Origin: an uncultured Pseudomonadales bacterium
GTDB taxonomy: Bacteria > Patescibacteriota > Microgenomatia > UBA1400 > PJMF01
Length of the DNA stretch: 64,000 nt
Direction of reading: 5' to 3'
Assembly: GCA_964620965.1 (NCBI GenBank)
Contig: CAZUHV010000001.1
Span: 85,839 to 149,838, forward strand
Below, piece by piece: positions 38,661-48,160 of the stretch. The stretch's first letter is position 1. The number at the start of each line of letters is the position of its first letter. The notes under the pieces were generated by a model. The model was not told the DNA's origin, searched no databases, and was given only the letters and a program-made list of their open reading frames with translations. Made by a program: the position numbers and the translations under genes.

Positions 38661-39322
38661 TTGCTTTTAACAATTTTTCCATCTTTGATTATTGGAAAGA
38701 AATTGAATGTATCAACCTCTAGTGCCAAGTGAAAGTCATCCTCGGGAAAATTATCATTTTGAGGATTAAGAAAGCTATTCAATATCCATTCATGTTGTTC
38801 AAGCTTTGCTTTCACTTCCTCGAGAGAAGGATGTGTCTCACCTTTTAATTTACTTACCATGTACTCAGCAAAAAGTTGATCTTCTAAAGCATACATTGGG
38901 ACGAATGTAATATCTTCAGATTGACTGGCTTTTAAGAAATCCAAAATTGCTTGAGCAGAAACGAATGACCCAAATATTATTTGATTTGCATTTGTAGAAT
39001 TAACTAAGCCTTGTGTGCCAGTTGAACTTCTATGAATAACCTTTTTTCCATCCAAATTATTAAGGGTTTTTATAACTGATGGAGAATTACCGATATCAAA
39101 ACCATCAATCTTAATTCCCTTATTTTCACCAACAAGCAACACTTCTTCATCCTTCATCTTAAAGTCAAAAGCCTCTTCTGGGGTTGCAACAGGATGAATT
39201 GAAGTCACACCTTTATCAAGTAAATATGATGCAACAGTTGCTGCCCTCAGAACGTCAATTATTATCGCAATACCATTAGCACTTTGCGCCCCTTTAATTC
39301 CTTTGACAATTTTAATATTCAT
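38657..39322 (-). CDS. 2-phosphosulfolactate phosphatase (ComB) family protein
   Basis: IIDVLRAATVASY and GIKIDGFDIGNSP motifs typical of PF04029. Confidence 0.55.
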   Translation of the reverse strand: MNIKIVKGIKGAQSANGIAIIIDVLRAATVASYLLDKGVTSIHPVATPEEAFDFKMKDEEVLLVGENKGIKIDGFDIGNSPSVIKTLNNLDGKKVIHRSSTGTQGLVNSTNANQIIFGSFVSAQAILDFLKASQSEDITFVPMYALEDQLFAEYMVSKLKGETHPSLEEVKAKLEQHEWILNSFLNPQNDNFPEDDFHLALEVDTFNFFPIIKDGKIVKSN

Positions 39323-39348
39323 ATTTTTCCCTTAAGCATATAAGTTCA

Positions 39349-40083
39349 TTATGCTTTACTCATACTATTTATTGTTCGTGCAATACTTAGCCAATCACTT
39401 TTTTTTAATCCATACGCTACTGGGTGTGGGATTACAAAGAAATGAGTAGTACCTTTTCTGCAATGATATAGATTTTTATTTTTCCTAAACTTCTCAGAAA
39501 CAATATCACTCCATTTATCTAAATATGATAAAGAATAAAAAATTACTACCTTTGGATTATGTTTTTTTAGTAACTTTTTAAATAAATCAATTCTTATTGG
39601 CATTACATGCTCTAAATATGTTTTTCTTGTTTCTAAATAATCAATCTTAAATTGGTCATAAAACCAATCTTTTTTTCTGACTGACTTACAAGGAAGTGGC
39701 ATGAACTCTAAAACACAGTGATCACTATGTGATCTAGCAAAGTTATTTCGTTGATATTGTTTTATTACATCTAGACTAACTTCTTCACTTGAATACAACA
39801 TAAGTAATATGAGAATAAGTTTTGACCAGGTTCTCTGACTTGGAGCATCTGGTAAAAACCATTTAATGTGATCAGGGACATGCTTCATATCAGATTTGAT
39901 ATCTATGACAGATTTATCTTTGGTCTTAGTAAACCTTTTTTCTAAATCTGATAGGCTGCCATCAAAACCTTCCTCCATACCAACAAACCAAGTATCAGAG
40001 TCAAGATTCCCATACCCCCAGTAGTTTTTTATTCTATTTTCGATTAATTCTTTATTTAACATACCTAATGCTTGATTATACAT
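39349..40083 (-). CDS. hypothetical protein (possible UDG-superfamily-like fold; weak)
   Basis: 244 aa. N-terminal GMEEGFDG and C-terminal VIPHPVAYG are spaced like UDG motifs A and B. This is inference only. Confidence 0.3.
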   Translation of the reverse strand: MYNQALGMLNKELIENRIKNYWGYGNLDSDTWFVGMEEGFDGSLSDLEKRFTKTKDKSVIDIKSDMKHVPDHIKWFLPDAPSQRTWSKLILILLMLYSSEEVSLDVIKQYQRNNFARSHSDHCVLEFMPLPCKSVRKKDWFYDQFKIDYLETRKTYLEHVMPIRIDLFKKLLKKHNPKVVIFYSLSYLDKWSDIVSEKFRKNKNLYHCRKGTTHFFVIPHPVAYGLKKSDWLSIARTINSMSKA

Positions 40084-40262
40084 TGATTTAAACTTAAGAT
40101 TACTCTATTAAAAAACTGCCCCTACCGTCTAGGACAAAAATAAGATACTTTCCCAGATACGAATCAAAATATTCTTTACCTCTATTCCCTTATATAATAA
40201 GGGGAGGGAATGATACAATACCTCACAATACAGAAAATAGCCTGCCCATAGTAAATAACACT

Positions 40263-41030
40263 ATGGATACCATAACTCCTAAACAATTAGAAATCCTCAT
40301 ACTAATATATCGTTTCCGTTTCCTTAATCGTCACCAAATCCAAATACTCCTTAATCATAAAGACCCCAAACGAATAAACTCCTGGCTTAAAGATCTCAAT
40401 CAAAAAAATATCCTCGGTAGAATCTACTCAACTAAACTCAAAGAAAATACCAAACCAGCGATATACTACCTAGCTACCAAATCAAGAAAAATACTTCTTG
40501 AACAAGAAAATACTAACGAGAAAATTTTAAGAAGAGCCTACAGGGACAAAAATGCTTCTCAAAAATTAATAAATCACAGCATCTTTCTAGCCAATGTCTA
40601 TTTATTACTTAAAGAACAAGCCCTCAAAAACAAACAAGAACTTCATTTTTATACAAAAACTGATTTAGCAGAACACTACTACCTGCCATATAACCGACCA
40701 GATGTGTATATTTCCCTGAAAGGGAATGACTTAACAAAGCGTTATTTCCTAGAAATCATTGACAAAGGTACACCACGCTTTATGCTTCGAAAGAAAATCT
40801 CTCAATACATTGAGTACTTTGACGAAGGAACCTGGCAAAATAGGACGTTACATGAAAAACCATCACTTTTATTTATCTCTCCAAATCAAAATATCTACAA
40901 CTTCCTCACCAAACATATTGCTCAAGTTTTGGAGGAGGAGACTTCAGACTTACAATTTTTCCTAAGTCTGAAGTCAGAGATACAAGAAGCTGGCTTAACT
41001 GCCAACACTTGGCACCTCATCAGCGAGTAA
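40263..41030 (+). CDS. replication-relaxation family protein (PF13814-like, putative relaxase or mobilisation protein)
   Basis: N-terminal ITPKQLEILILIYRFRFLNRHQIQ winged-helix signature of the Replic_Relax family. Confidence 0.55.
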   Translation: MDTITPKQLEILILIYRFRFLNRHQIQILLNHKDPKRINSWLKDLNQKNILGRIYSTKLKENTKPAIYYLATKSRKILLEQENTNEKILRRAYRDKNASQKLINHSIFLANVYLLLKEQALKNKQELHFYTKTDLAEHYYLPYNRPDVYISLKGNDLTKRYFLEIIDKGTPRFMLRKKISQYIEYFDEGTWQNRTLHEKPSLLFISPNQNIYNFLTKHIAQVLEEETSDLQFFLSLKSEIQEAGLTANTWHLISE

Positions 41031-41780
41031 TACCGCCAGCACTTTTTCAACTGTTCCCATCGCCTTAGTTATGGCAATGAGTGGATCATCTGAATAGTGG
41101 CTAATATAGCTCCAAGCTTTCCCGCTAGAATCTCCCATGCCGTACAAGTCCATCAATACTGCAGATGTAAACTCGGCTACTGTTTCTTGTGTCTTGTTTT
41201 GTCCTTGCTTTAGCTCTCCATCTATTCGCGCGTGTATCGCATGGGCTAATTCATGAAAAAATACTCCTGCATCGTGTGTACCAAGTCTGATTTTGCTACC
41301 ATCAGTTTGACAATCACCAAGCTTATCAGGACTAATAGGTGCATACTCAACATCTATACCAAATTTTTTAGCCACATCTAGCAACGGAGGATATTCTACT
41401 GGCTCGTAGGTTGATACCATTTCATCACCCTCAGTGCATGAAGCTGCAAATACTGGAATAGGAGCAAACCCAACACAAATATTTTTTGTATCCTCTTCGT
41501 TTTCCTGATCAACCTTTGCGAGCTTGGGTCTGAGTATATACACTGCTTTACTACCTTTTTTGACCGTTCTGCCTTCTTTTTGCCACTGTTTATACCCTCG
41601 GCAATCAAGCTCATCTGACTGTAAAAAGGCTAGCACTTTATTTGATAAACTCCACTTATTAACTGGAGCATCACTAGCAACTTGAATGCGAGCTATTCTT
41701 GTCACAGTTGATAAGTCTCCAGTTTGAAATTTTTCTATTACTTTGTTGATGCTTGCCTGTGCTTTTGCTGATAGTTTCAT
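40995..41780 (-). CDS. ArdC-like antirestriction protein (ssDNA-binding ArdC-N plus zincin metalloprotease-like domain)
   Basis: KWSLSNKVL...RGYKQWQKEGRTVKKGSKAVYI matches the ArdC-N pattern. C-terminal HExxH (FHELAHAIH). Confidence 0.55.
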   Translation of the reverse strand: MKLSAKAQASINKVIEKFQTGDLSTVTRIARIQVASDAPVNKWSLSNKVLAFLQSDELDCRGYKQWQKEGRTVKKGSKAVYILRPKLAKVDQENEEDTKNICVGFAPIPVFAASCTEGDEMVSTYEPVEYPPLLDVAKKFGIDVEYAPISPDKLGDCQTDGSKIRLGTHDAGVFFHELAHAIHARIDGELKQGQNKTQETVAEFTSAVLMDLYGMGDSSGKAWSYISHYSDDPLIAITKAMGTVEKVLAVLLADEVPSVGS

Positions 41781-41952
41781 TTTTTCCCCCTTTAAAATTT
41801 TTTAATTGGAAGCAGGTTAGCCTGCTTCCATTACATGGAGCTTTAAAAGCGGGGTGAGTTTTGCAAGGGTCCCGACTTTCAGTCGAGACTTGCTATAGCC
41901 CTTGCAAAATGAGGGGTAAGACCCCTAATAACTACAGTCGTATAATTGAGAT

Positions 41953-42495
41953 ATGAAACAAAACACTAAACTTCCAAAAAACTATCCAACAAGTATCACT
42001 GAAGCATATGACTTAATTGTCAAAGCATTGCTTTCTGAAGATAAAGAACTAATAGCTAAAACCTGGAAATTCATTAATGAGGCAGAAGGTGATTGGGTTT
42101 GGGTAAGAGCAAAATTAATTACCGATTGTTATGAAGCTGCAGATGCAAAAGGAAGGGAAGAGTTTTGCTTGCTTGCATTAAGTGAGCATGTTAAAAATGG
42201 TCGAGCTTTGCCTCTAGCTGAGTTATTTACTGATCCCGATACAAACATTGATTATCTCGAATATCTAATGGGAGATATGACAATTTATCGACTGCCAATT
42301 GCAACTCCTGAGATAGGTAAATATGAATATCAAAAGGCATTAGAAAAAAAGTTTCTTGGAGATTTTATCGAAACACATTCTGTAGATGAAGTTACATACA
42401 CTCCACTAGATACTCAAGAGAAAATTGATGCATACAATAGCGGTGAGTATTATGAAAAGTTTGTGTATGGTAAAAGAAGAAAAAAGAAAAAATGA
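41953..42495 (+). CDS. hypothetical protein
   Basis: 180 aa with a Lys-rich C-terminus. TATAAT lies only 6 nt upstream of the ATG, suggesting a possible leaderless mRNA. Confidence 0.35.
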   Translation: MKQNTKLPKNYPTSITEAYDLIVKALLSEDKELIAKTWKFINEAEGDWVWVRAKLITDCYEAADAKGREEFCLLALSEHVKNGRALPLAELFTDPDTNIDYLEYLMGDMTIYRLPIATPEIGKYEYQKALEKKFLGDFIETHSVDEVTYTPLDTQEKIDAYNSGEYYEKFVYGKRRKKKK

Positions 42496-42535
42496 CGAAT
42501 TGCTCTGAGAAACTCTCAAAGCAATTAGGTATTAA
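42496..42535. repeat. 40-bp palindromic repeat, copy 1 (direct repeat of 48161..48200, 39/40 identical)
   Basis: CGAATTGCTCTGAGAAACTCTCAAAGCAATTAGGTATTAA. Contains a 13-bp-stem hairpin AATTGCTCTGAGA-aac-TCTCAAAGCAATT. Confidence 0.8.
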
Positions 42536-42592
42536 CTTTTACAGTCTAAAAATGTTTTTCTGCTGAAAGGTGAGTATTTTATAATTGAAGAA

Positions 42593-43090
42593 CTATTCTT
42601 CATTTAAAATCATTTCCATTAAGTACTGATCATAAAAACGATCGTCAATCTTAACTGCCATCTTTAGCTCACCTACTTTTTCAAAACCCACTGATTCATA
42701 TAAATTTAATGCTGAAATTTGGGTTGCTATAACTCCCAATTGTATTTTTTTTATCTCTGGCTTAGATTTTATCTCTTCAATAACAGTCAACAATAGTTTT
42801 TTCCCAATTCCTTTTCCTCTACATTCTGGGCTCACATAAACACGTACTATGTTTGCAATATGTGCCAATTTTTTCTTTTCCTCACAATAAAAACCAGCCA
42901 TACCGACAAGTTTTTCATCATCAGTAATTGCAAAAAACATATTTTTTATCCTGTCTTGCCACTCAGAATCTTCTTTTGAACTTATTTCTTCTTTGCTCCA
43001 CAAAAATGCTTGTGGTGAATTAGCAATGGACTCCATATAGAGATTTTTATAATCGAGCCATCTTGAAATTGGTAATTTAGTAATTTTCAT
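42593..43090 (-). CDS. GNAT family N-acetyltransferase
   Basis: Acetyl-CoA binding motif RGKGIGKKLL. Confidence 0.7.
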   Translation of the reverse strand: MKITKLPISRWLDYKNLYMESIANSPQAFLWSKEEISSKEDSEWQDRIKNMFFAITDDEKLVGMAGFYCEEKKKLAHIANIVRVYVSPECRGKGIGKKLLLTVIEEIKSKPEIKKIQLGVIATQISALNLYESVGFEKVGELKMAVKIDDRFYDQYLMEMILNEE

Positions 43091-43153
43091 TATTATTCAA
43101 ATTCTAACTGATTTTTACATTATTTCGCCACCATAAACAAGCTAAAAAATTAA

Positions 43154-44518
43154 CTATTTACTTCTGTAATATTCAAACATATCTTGATTCCAATCAGCGC
43201 TTATCAATGCCTCCCAGGCTGATTCTGCTTGACCAGGATGTTTAGTCTTCCAATCTGCTAACCAAGTTTGAATAATATATCTTTCATCCCTCTCAAGCAT
43301 TGCAGAAATTATTCTTCGTGCTAATAATTCTCTTGGTATCAATACACCTTGCAAGAGTAAGTTTGAAAATTCAATTTCTTCTAAACGACTTAAACCATTT
43401 GAATCAACCTTAACTGGAACTTCAACAAAAGTTTCATCATCAAGTCCTTTAATTGCACCTTTATTTGGAATACTCAATTGTAATTCTGCACCTGTATTAT
43501 TTTCCCTCGCATCAATATATGGGATAATATCCCACTCTGATCTATGCAACCCAAATGTTCTTGTAGCAGATTGAGAGGGACTAAAATTATTTACATTTTT
43601 AACAATGTTTGTTAACCACGAGAGATTCATATTATGTCCAATATCACCATCGAAACCTTGAGTAGGACCAAACCATTTCTCTTTAGTCTGAGGACTATCA
43701 GCATACCACCAAAATTCTGGCATAACACCTCTAACAGTATCTCCAACTGGAAAAAGACCATACCGCTTGTACATATCTAATGCTACCTTACTAATTTGAT
43801 AGTCCGCATGATGTGATACTGGGGTGTAAAATTTATAAAATGATTCTGCAGCAGTATTAATCCAATCGTCTAACATTGGATAAGCATTTTCTCCTTTATA
43901 AGTGAAATTTTTTAACCATATATTATGATTTATTCCAGCTACTTGTGAACTCACCAATCCAAAATCAGAAATACCTAATAAACCATATAACTTTTTTAAT
44001 TCATGATGTCCATGACAAATACCAATGGTATCAACTCCTGTAGCTTGATGAATAAGTCCACAGCCCTCTGGAACTGGATTTGCTGCCATAATCAATGTAG
44101 CATCTGGGCATCTATCTGCCATCGTTTCACCAACATCCATCATTAACTTAAGTTGTCTAAATGGTGTATTGATTCCTATACCTCTATAATATCCATGTTC
44201 TTCAAGTAAAGCTCTGTCTTGATCCATTGCATCTCTTCCACCAGCCAAAGCCGCTAAAATAACATAATCAACTGCTCCTCTCAACGGTTTTTCCCAAGAA
44301 GTTTCTGTTTGGAAAGTATAACCTGCATTCATTTCATCGTTATAAGATTGTGCAACTCTTGCAATAGCATTCAAACGTTCTTCATCTTTGTCCACTAAAA
44401 TAATGTTTGAATTATGTAACCCTGGTGTAATTATTAAATCTCTAATAATATCCAAAGAAAAAGTAGCACTTCCTGCGCCTATAACCTCAATATTGTTTCT
44501 TTTCATTTTTGTTCCCAA
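43154..44518 (-). CDS. glycoside hydrolase family 4 (NAD/Mn-dependent alpha-glucosidase / 6-phospho-glucosidase-like)
   Basis: N-terminal Rossmann IEVIGAGSATFS. Conserved CHGH region (IGICHGHHE). Size 454 aa. Confidence 0.6.
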   Translation of the reverse strand: MGTKMKRNNIEVIGAGSATFSLDIIRDLIITPGLHNSNIILVDKDEERLNAIARVAQSYNDEMNAGYTFQTETSWEKPLRGAVDYVILAALAGGRDAMDQDRALLEEHGYYRGIGINTPFRQLKLMMDVGETMADRCPDATLIMAANPVPEGCGLIHQATGVDTIGICHGHHELKKLYGLLGISDFGLVSSQVAGINHNIWLKNFTYKGENAYPMLDDWINTAAESFYKFYTPVSHHADYQISKVALDMYKRYGLFPVGDTVRGVMPEFWWYADSPQTKEKWFGPTQGFDGDIGHNMNLSWLTNIVKNVNNFSPSQSATRTFGLHRSEWDIIPYIDARENNTGAELQLSIPNKGAIKGLDDETFVEVPVKVDSNGLSRLEEIEFSNLLLQGVLIPRELLARRIISAMLERDERYIIQTWLADWKTKHPGQAESAWEALISADWNQDMFEYYRSK

Positions 44519-44598
44519 TCAAATTGATTTGCGGATAATTATATCATAAGGTACAATTATATATCTAAATATATCATTAGAAGTTTTGAAAGCTAACA

Positions 44599-45495
44599 AT
44601 GCCAAATAAAAGTAAAGAACACCATATAGACCACAGACACTATGATAACCTGTTAACAGAGGGAAGAAGAATGTTATGGCATGACCCAATATGGAGACAA
44701 GGACCAGAAAGGGCATATTCTGTTACTTCAGAAGCAATTGATATTTTCTTAGAGTATTCTGACTCCTTAGAGGTACCTTATATGGAAATTGGTTCTGGAC
44801 CTTATTCTCCTTTGGGAGTGTCAACAGTTATGTATCTAAATGGCGTTGAAAGTACAATTGCATTAGACATAACACAAGCGGATCTCCAAAGATCAGCCGA
44901 AGCTTTATATGATTTGTTGGCAGCTTGTGCACTTGAACCAGATAAGTGGAATATGTCTGGAAAACCAAATGAAGAATTCTTACAAAGAATAAGACAATTT
45001 AACATTCCTGCATTAAAAAAAGGTGATTTACTCACCGGAGTTTCTAGTACAAATTTAAGTTATGTTTTAGGTAGCTTAGAAAATATGCCTTTAACTAATG
45101 AGCAAGTTTCTCTAGTTTCCTCAAGAGCAACTCTGGAACATATTTTAAATTTCAAACAAGGCATGCAAGAATTATTTAGAGTTATGCAACACGGTGGTGT
45201 AGCATTCCATTCCATTGATTTAGTTGACCATCGAGTTTACAGAGAACCTGAAAAATATAATATGTGGTCATTCCTCACTGAGGAGAAAAATCCTATTAAC
45301 AAATGGTGCAACCGTCTTAGAGCGGACGAAATCTTGAAAATTGCAGAGAATGTAGGATTTGAAACACATGTTATTAAAACAGGAAAAAATGAGATTCCTC
45401 CTGAAGTGCTAAACAACCTACACCCACATTATGCAAAGATGGATTTAGAGGATCTTAAGACTACTAATCTTGTATGTGTGTTTTACAAGAAATAG
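44599..45495 (+). CDS. class I SAM-dependent methyltransferase-like protein
   Basis: EIGSGPYSPLG glycine-rich motif. Weak call. Confidence 0.4.
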   Translation: MPNKSKEHHIDHRHYDNLLTEGRRMLWHDPIWRQGPERAYSVTSEAIDIFLEYSDSLEVPYMEIGSGPYSPLGVSTVMYLNGVESTIALDITQADLQRSAEALYDLLAACALEPDKWNMSGKPNEEFLQRIRQFNIPALKKGDLLTGVSSTNLSYVLGSLENMPLTNEQVSLVSSRATLEHILNFKQGMQELFRVMQHGGVAFHSIDLVDHRVYREPEKYNMWSFLTEEKNPINKWCNRLRADEILKIAENVGFETHVIKTGKNEIPPEVLNNLHPHYAKMDLEDLKTTNLVCVFYKK

Positions 45496-45502
45496 TACAT
45501 CT

Positions 45503-46675
45503 ATGAATCCAAACGAATCGTTAATTTTAAGGCCAGCAATAAACAGAGAAATCACTAAAAGTAGAAAGTGGCTTGATGTCCCGAACCCTGATGTCTTGGG
45601 CATGGGTTTAGCAGATATGGATTTTCAAACAGCTCCTCCTGTGATTGAAGCAATTAAATTACGGGTTGAACATGGTATTTTTGGATATGACCAATTACCA
45701 GATTTTCTTTTTGAAACAATTATCAAAAGATTAGAATTATTACACAACTGGAAGGTTAAGCCAGAATGGATTCTTCTAACACCTGGAATTATTCCTAGCT
45801 TATATGCTACAAACAGAGCAATCGGAAGCTCTCATGATGATGTGATCACACTAGTACCTACTTACGGAGAAATAATGAATTCTGCTCTCAGAGCAAATCA
45901 AAATTTAATACAGGTTGAAATGAATTTTGATGGTAAAAACTGGGCAATAGATTTTGACAAGTTTGAAGAATCTATAACACCCAAGACGAAAGTTTTAAAT
46001 TTTTGCAACCCACATAATCCAATAGGTCATGTGTACAATGTCCAAGAACTAACTAAAATAGCAGAAATATGTAAAAGACATAACATAGTTATTTCTTCTG
46101 ACGAAGTCTATGCAGATTTAATATTAGATGAAAATAAAAGACATATTCCGATAGCTTCGATCGATGATCAAATAGCACAAAATACTATCACTCATTTATC
46201 AGCAAGTAAAACTTTTAATTTATCTGGATTAAGATTTTCATATACAATTATTCCCAATGAAGGTTTACGAGAAAAGTTTATTCAAAATACTTCAAGAATT
46301 TTACCTGGTGTTAACTTTTTAGGTGCAATAGCAACATTGGCAGCATATCAATATGGTGAAGAATGGAGAGGTGAACTGATAAATTATTTAAGAATCAATA
46401 GAGATTTAATCTATCAGTACTTTGATCCTATCCCCAATGTATCAGTTTCAAAAATTGAAGGAACATTTTTAGCATGGATAGACATAAGATCCTTAGGACT
46501 AAATAATCCCACTGATTTTTTCGCTACTCATGCTAAAGTACAGTTGCTTGATGGAAATGATTTTTCAGCACCAGGATTCATTAGGCTTAATTTTGGGTGT
46601 GAAACTAGCAAACTAGAACAAGCACTTATCAAAATTAAACAAGCAATTCTTACACATCAAGAGCGAATTCATTAA
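45503..46675 (+). CDS. PLP-dependent aminotransferase class I/II, MalY/PatB-type C-S lyase
   Basis: PLP-lysine motif LSASKTFNLSGLRFSY. The ORF track starts at 45470 and overlaps the methyltransferase gene, so the internal Met (MNPNES) is preferred. Confidence 0.7.
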   Translation: MNPNESLILRPAINREITKSRKWLDVPNPDVLGMGLADMDFQTAPPVIEAIKLRVEHGIFGYDQLPDFLFETIIKRLELLHNWKVKPEWILLTPGIIPSLYATNRAIGSSHDDVITLVPTYGEIMNSALRANQNLIQVEMNFDGKNWAIDFDKFEESITPKTKVLNFCNPHNPIGHVYNVQELTKIAEICKRHNIVISSDEVYADLILDENKRHIPIASIDDQIAQNTITHLSASKTFNLSGLRFSYTIIPNEGLREKFIQNTSRILPGVNFLGAIATLAAYQYGEEWRGELINYLRINRDLIYQYFDPIPNVSVSKIEGTFLAWIDIRSLGLNNPTDFFATHAKVQLLDGNDFSAPGFIRLNFGCETSKLEQALIKIKQAILTHQERIH

Positions 46676-47072
46676 TATAATTTTTTAGAAAATCTAGAAA
46701 TGGATTTGTATAATCAATTTCTGCCAATAATGTTTTTACATTTTCTTGAGAAAAAAATTTCAGCTGTTTCCCTTCACCAAGCTTAATTTTATCTTTCTGA
46801 GTATCAACTCTAGCTTGAAAAATTAGTGCATCCCAGTCTTCATTAAAAGCTAATGAACCAACCCTTACCACATCTGAAGCAACAAGTGATGTCTCCTCAA
46901 AAACTTCTCTTTCTGCGGCATTTTCTGGTAGTTCACCTGGTTCAATACCACCACCTACTAAACTCCATTGGTTAGTCATTAATGGAGTATTTCCATCTCT
47001 AAGATGCAAAAGAAATTCACCATTTTGATTGATAATTATTATACCTACTCCAACTTTTTTATTTTTTTTCAT
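46650..47072 (-). CDS. NUDIX hydrolase
   Basis: Nudix box GGGIEPGELPENAAEREVFEETSL. Confidence 0.75.
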   Translation of the reverse strand: MKKNKKVGVGIIIINQNGEFLLHLRDGNTPLMTNQWSLVGGGIEPGELPENAAEREVFEETSLVASDVVRVGSLAFNEDWDALIFQARVDTQKDKIKLGEGKQLKFFSQENVKTLLAEIDYTNPFLDFLKNYINEFALDV

Positions 47073-47119
47073 TCTGAATAATTATAACAAAATTTGACCT
47101 ATTATTTTTTTCTAAAAAA

Positions 47120-48064
47120 TTATTTACCACTTTTTTGAGATTGGATTGTCAATTTTATGCCTTCATTTATATCAACTTTAGGTGACCAACCCAATCTTTG
47201 ACCTGCCTTTTTGTTGTCTAAAACATTTCTTCTGACATCACCGGGCCTATCTGGACCAAAAATTGCTGGTTGTCCAGAGTTTAAAGCATTCTTAACAGCT
47301 TCAAATACCTCAAGATTTGATACCTCAACTCCAGAAGATATATTGAAGTAATCTGATTCTTTATGAATCATACTAAGCATTATTGCATCAACAAGATCAT
47401 GTACATAGAGATAATCTCTTGTATGTTTTCCGTCACCATTAATTATAGGAATTTCACCATTAAGCATTTTATTAATAAATATTGCTATAATACCTGCTTC
47501 TCCCTGAGAGTCTTGTCTAGGCCCATAAATATTTGCCAAACGTAAAGAAACCCAAATCATATTATATAAATTTCCAAAAAGCCTCATATAATATTCCCCT
47601 GATAATTTTGAAATATTATAAAAAGATGCTGGTTTTAAAATTTTTACATCTTCATCCGTAGGCAGCATTTCATCAGGTTGTTCACCATATAATGCACCTC
47701 CAGTGTTTGTATATATTATTCTTTCACCACCATTCTTCCTTGCTGCATCTAAAACATTAAACATCCCACGAACATTTACCTCCAAATCAAAACGAGGATC
47801 TTTCATTGAAGCTGGAACTTGATTTTGAGCCGCAGTGTGAACAACTACTTCAGGTTTAACTTTATCAAAAACTTTCTCTAAACTTTCCTCATCGCAAATA
47901 TCAACTTGATAAAACTTTGTACTATCATTTAAATTTTCGATTTTACCACTAACCAAATTATCAACAACAGTAACATTATAGCCCTCAGCTATACATCTAT
48001 CTTGAACATGAGATCCAATAAATCCAGCACCACCTGTTACTAAAATTTCCCGTCCTTTTTTCAT
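47120..48064 (-). CDS. NAD-dependent epimerase/dehydratase (UDP-glucose 4-epimerase-like)
   Basis: ILVTGGAGFIGSHV. Catalytic YxxxK (YNISKLSGE). The ORF track extends to 48184, but that extension overlaps the 40-bp repeat, so the start at MKKGREIL is preferred. Confidence 0.7.
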   Translation of the reverse strand: MKKGREILVTGGAGFIGSHVQDRCIAEGYNVTVVDNLVSGKIENLNDSTKFYQVDICDEESLEKVFDKVKPEVVVHTAAQNQVPASMKDPRFDLEVNVRGMFNVLDAARKNGGERIIYTNTGGALYGEQPDEMLPTDEDVKILKPASFYNISKLSGEYYMRLFGNLYNMIWVSLRLANIYGPRQDSQGEAGIIAIFINKMLNGEIPIINGDGKHTRDYLYVHDLVDAIMLSMIHKESDYFNISSGVEVSNLEVFEAVKNALNSGQPAIFGPDRPGDVRRNVLDNKKAGQRLGWSPKVDINEGIKLTIQSQKSGK

Positions 48065-48160
48065 TTTGACCCCTTTATTATTAAAATGATATAAATTGTT
48101 ATAGAAAGCAATTGTAATCGAGTTATATAAGATAATCAAGACTAATACAATAAAAAATTT

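Noticed and set aside
44519-44716. 65-aa minus-strand ORF between the GH4 gene and the methyltransferase gene
   Set aside because: Hydrophobic low-complexity peptide in the divergent promoter region that overlaps the methyltransferase start. There is no support for it as a gene.
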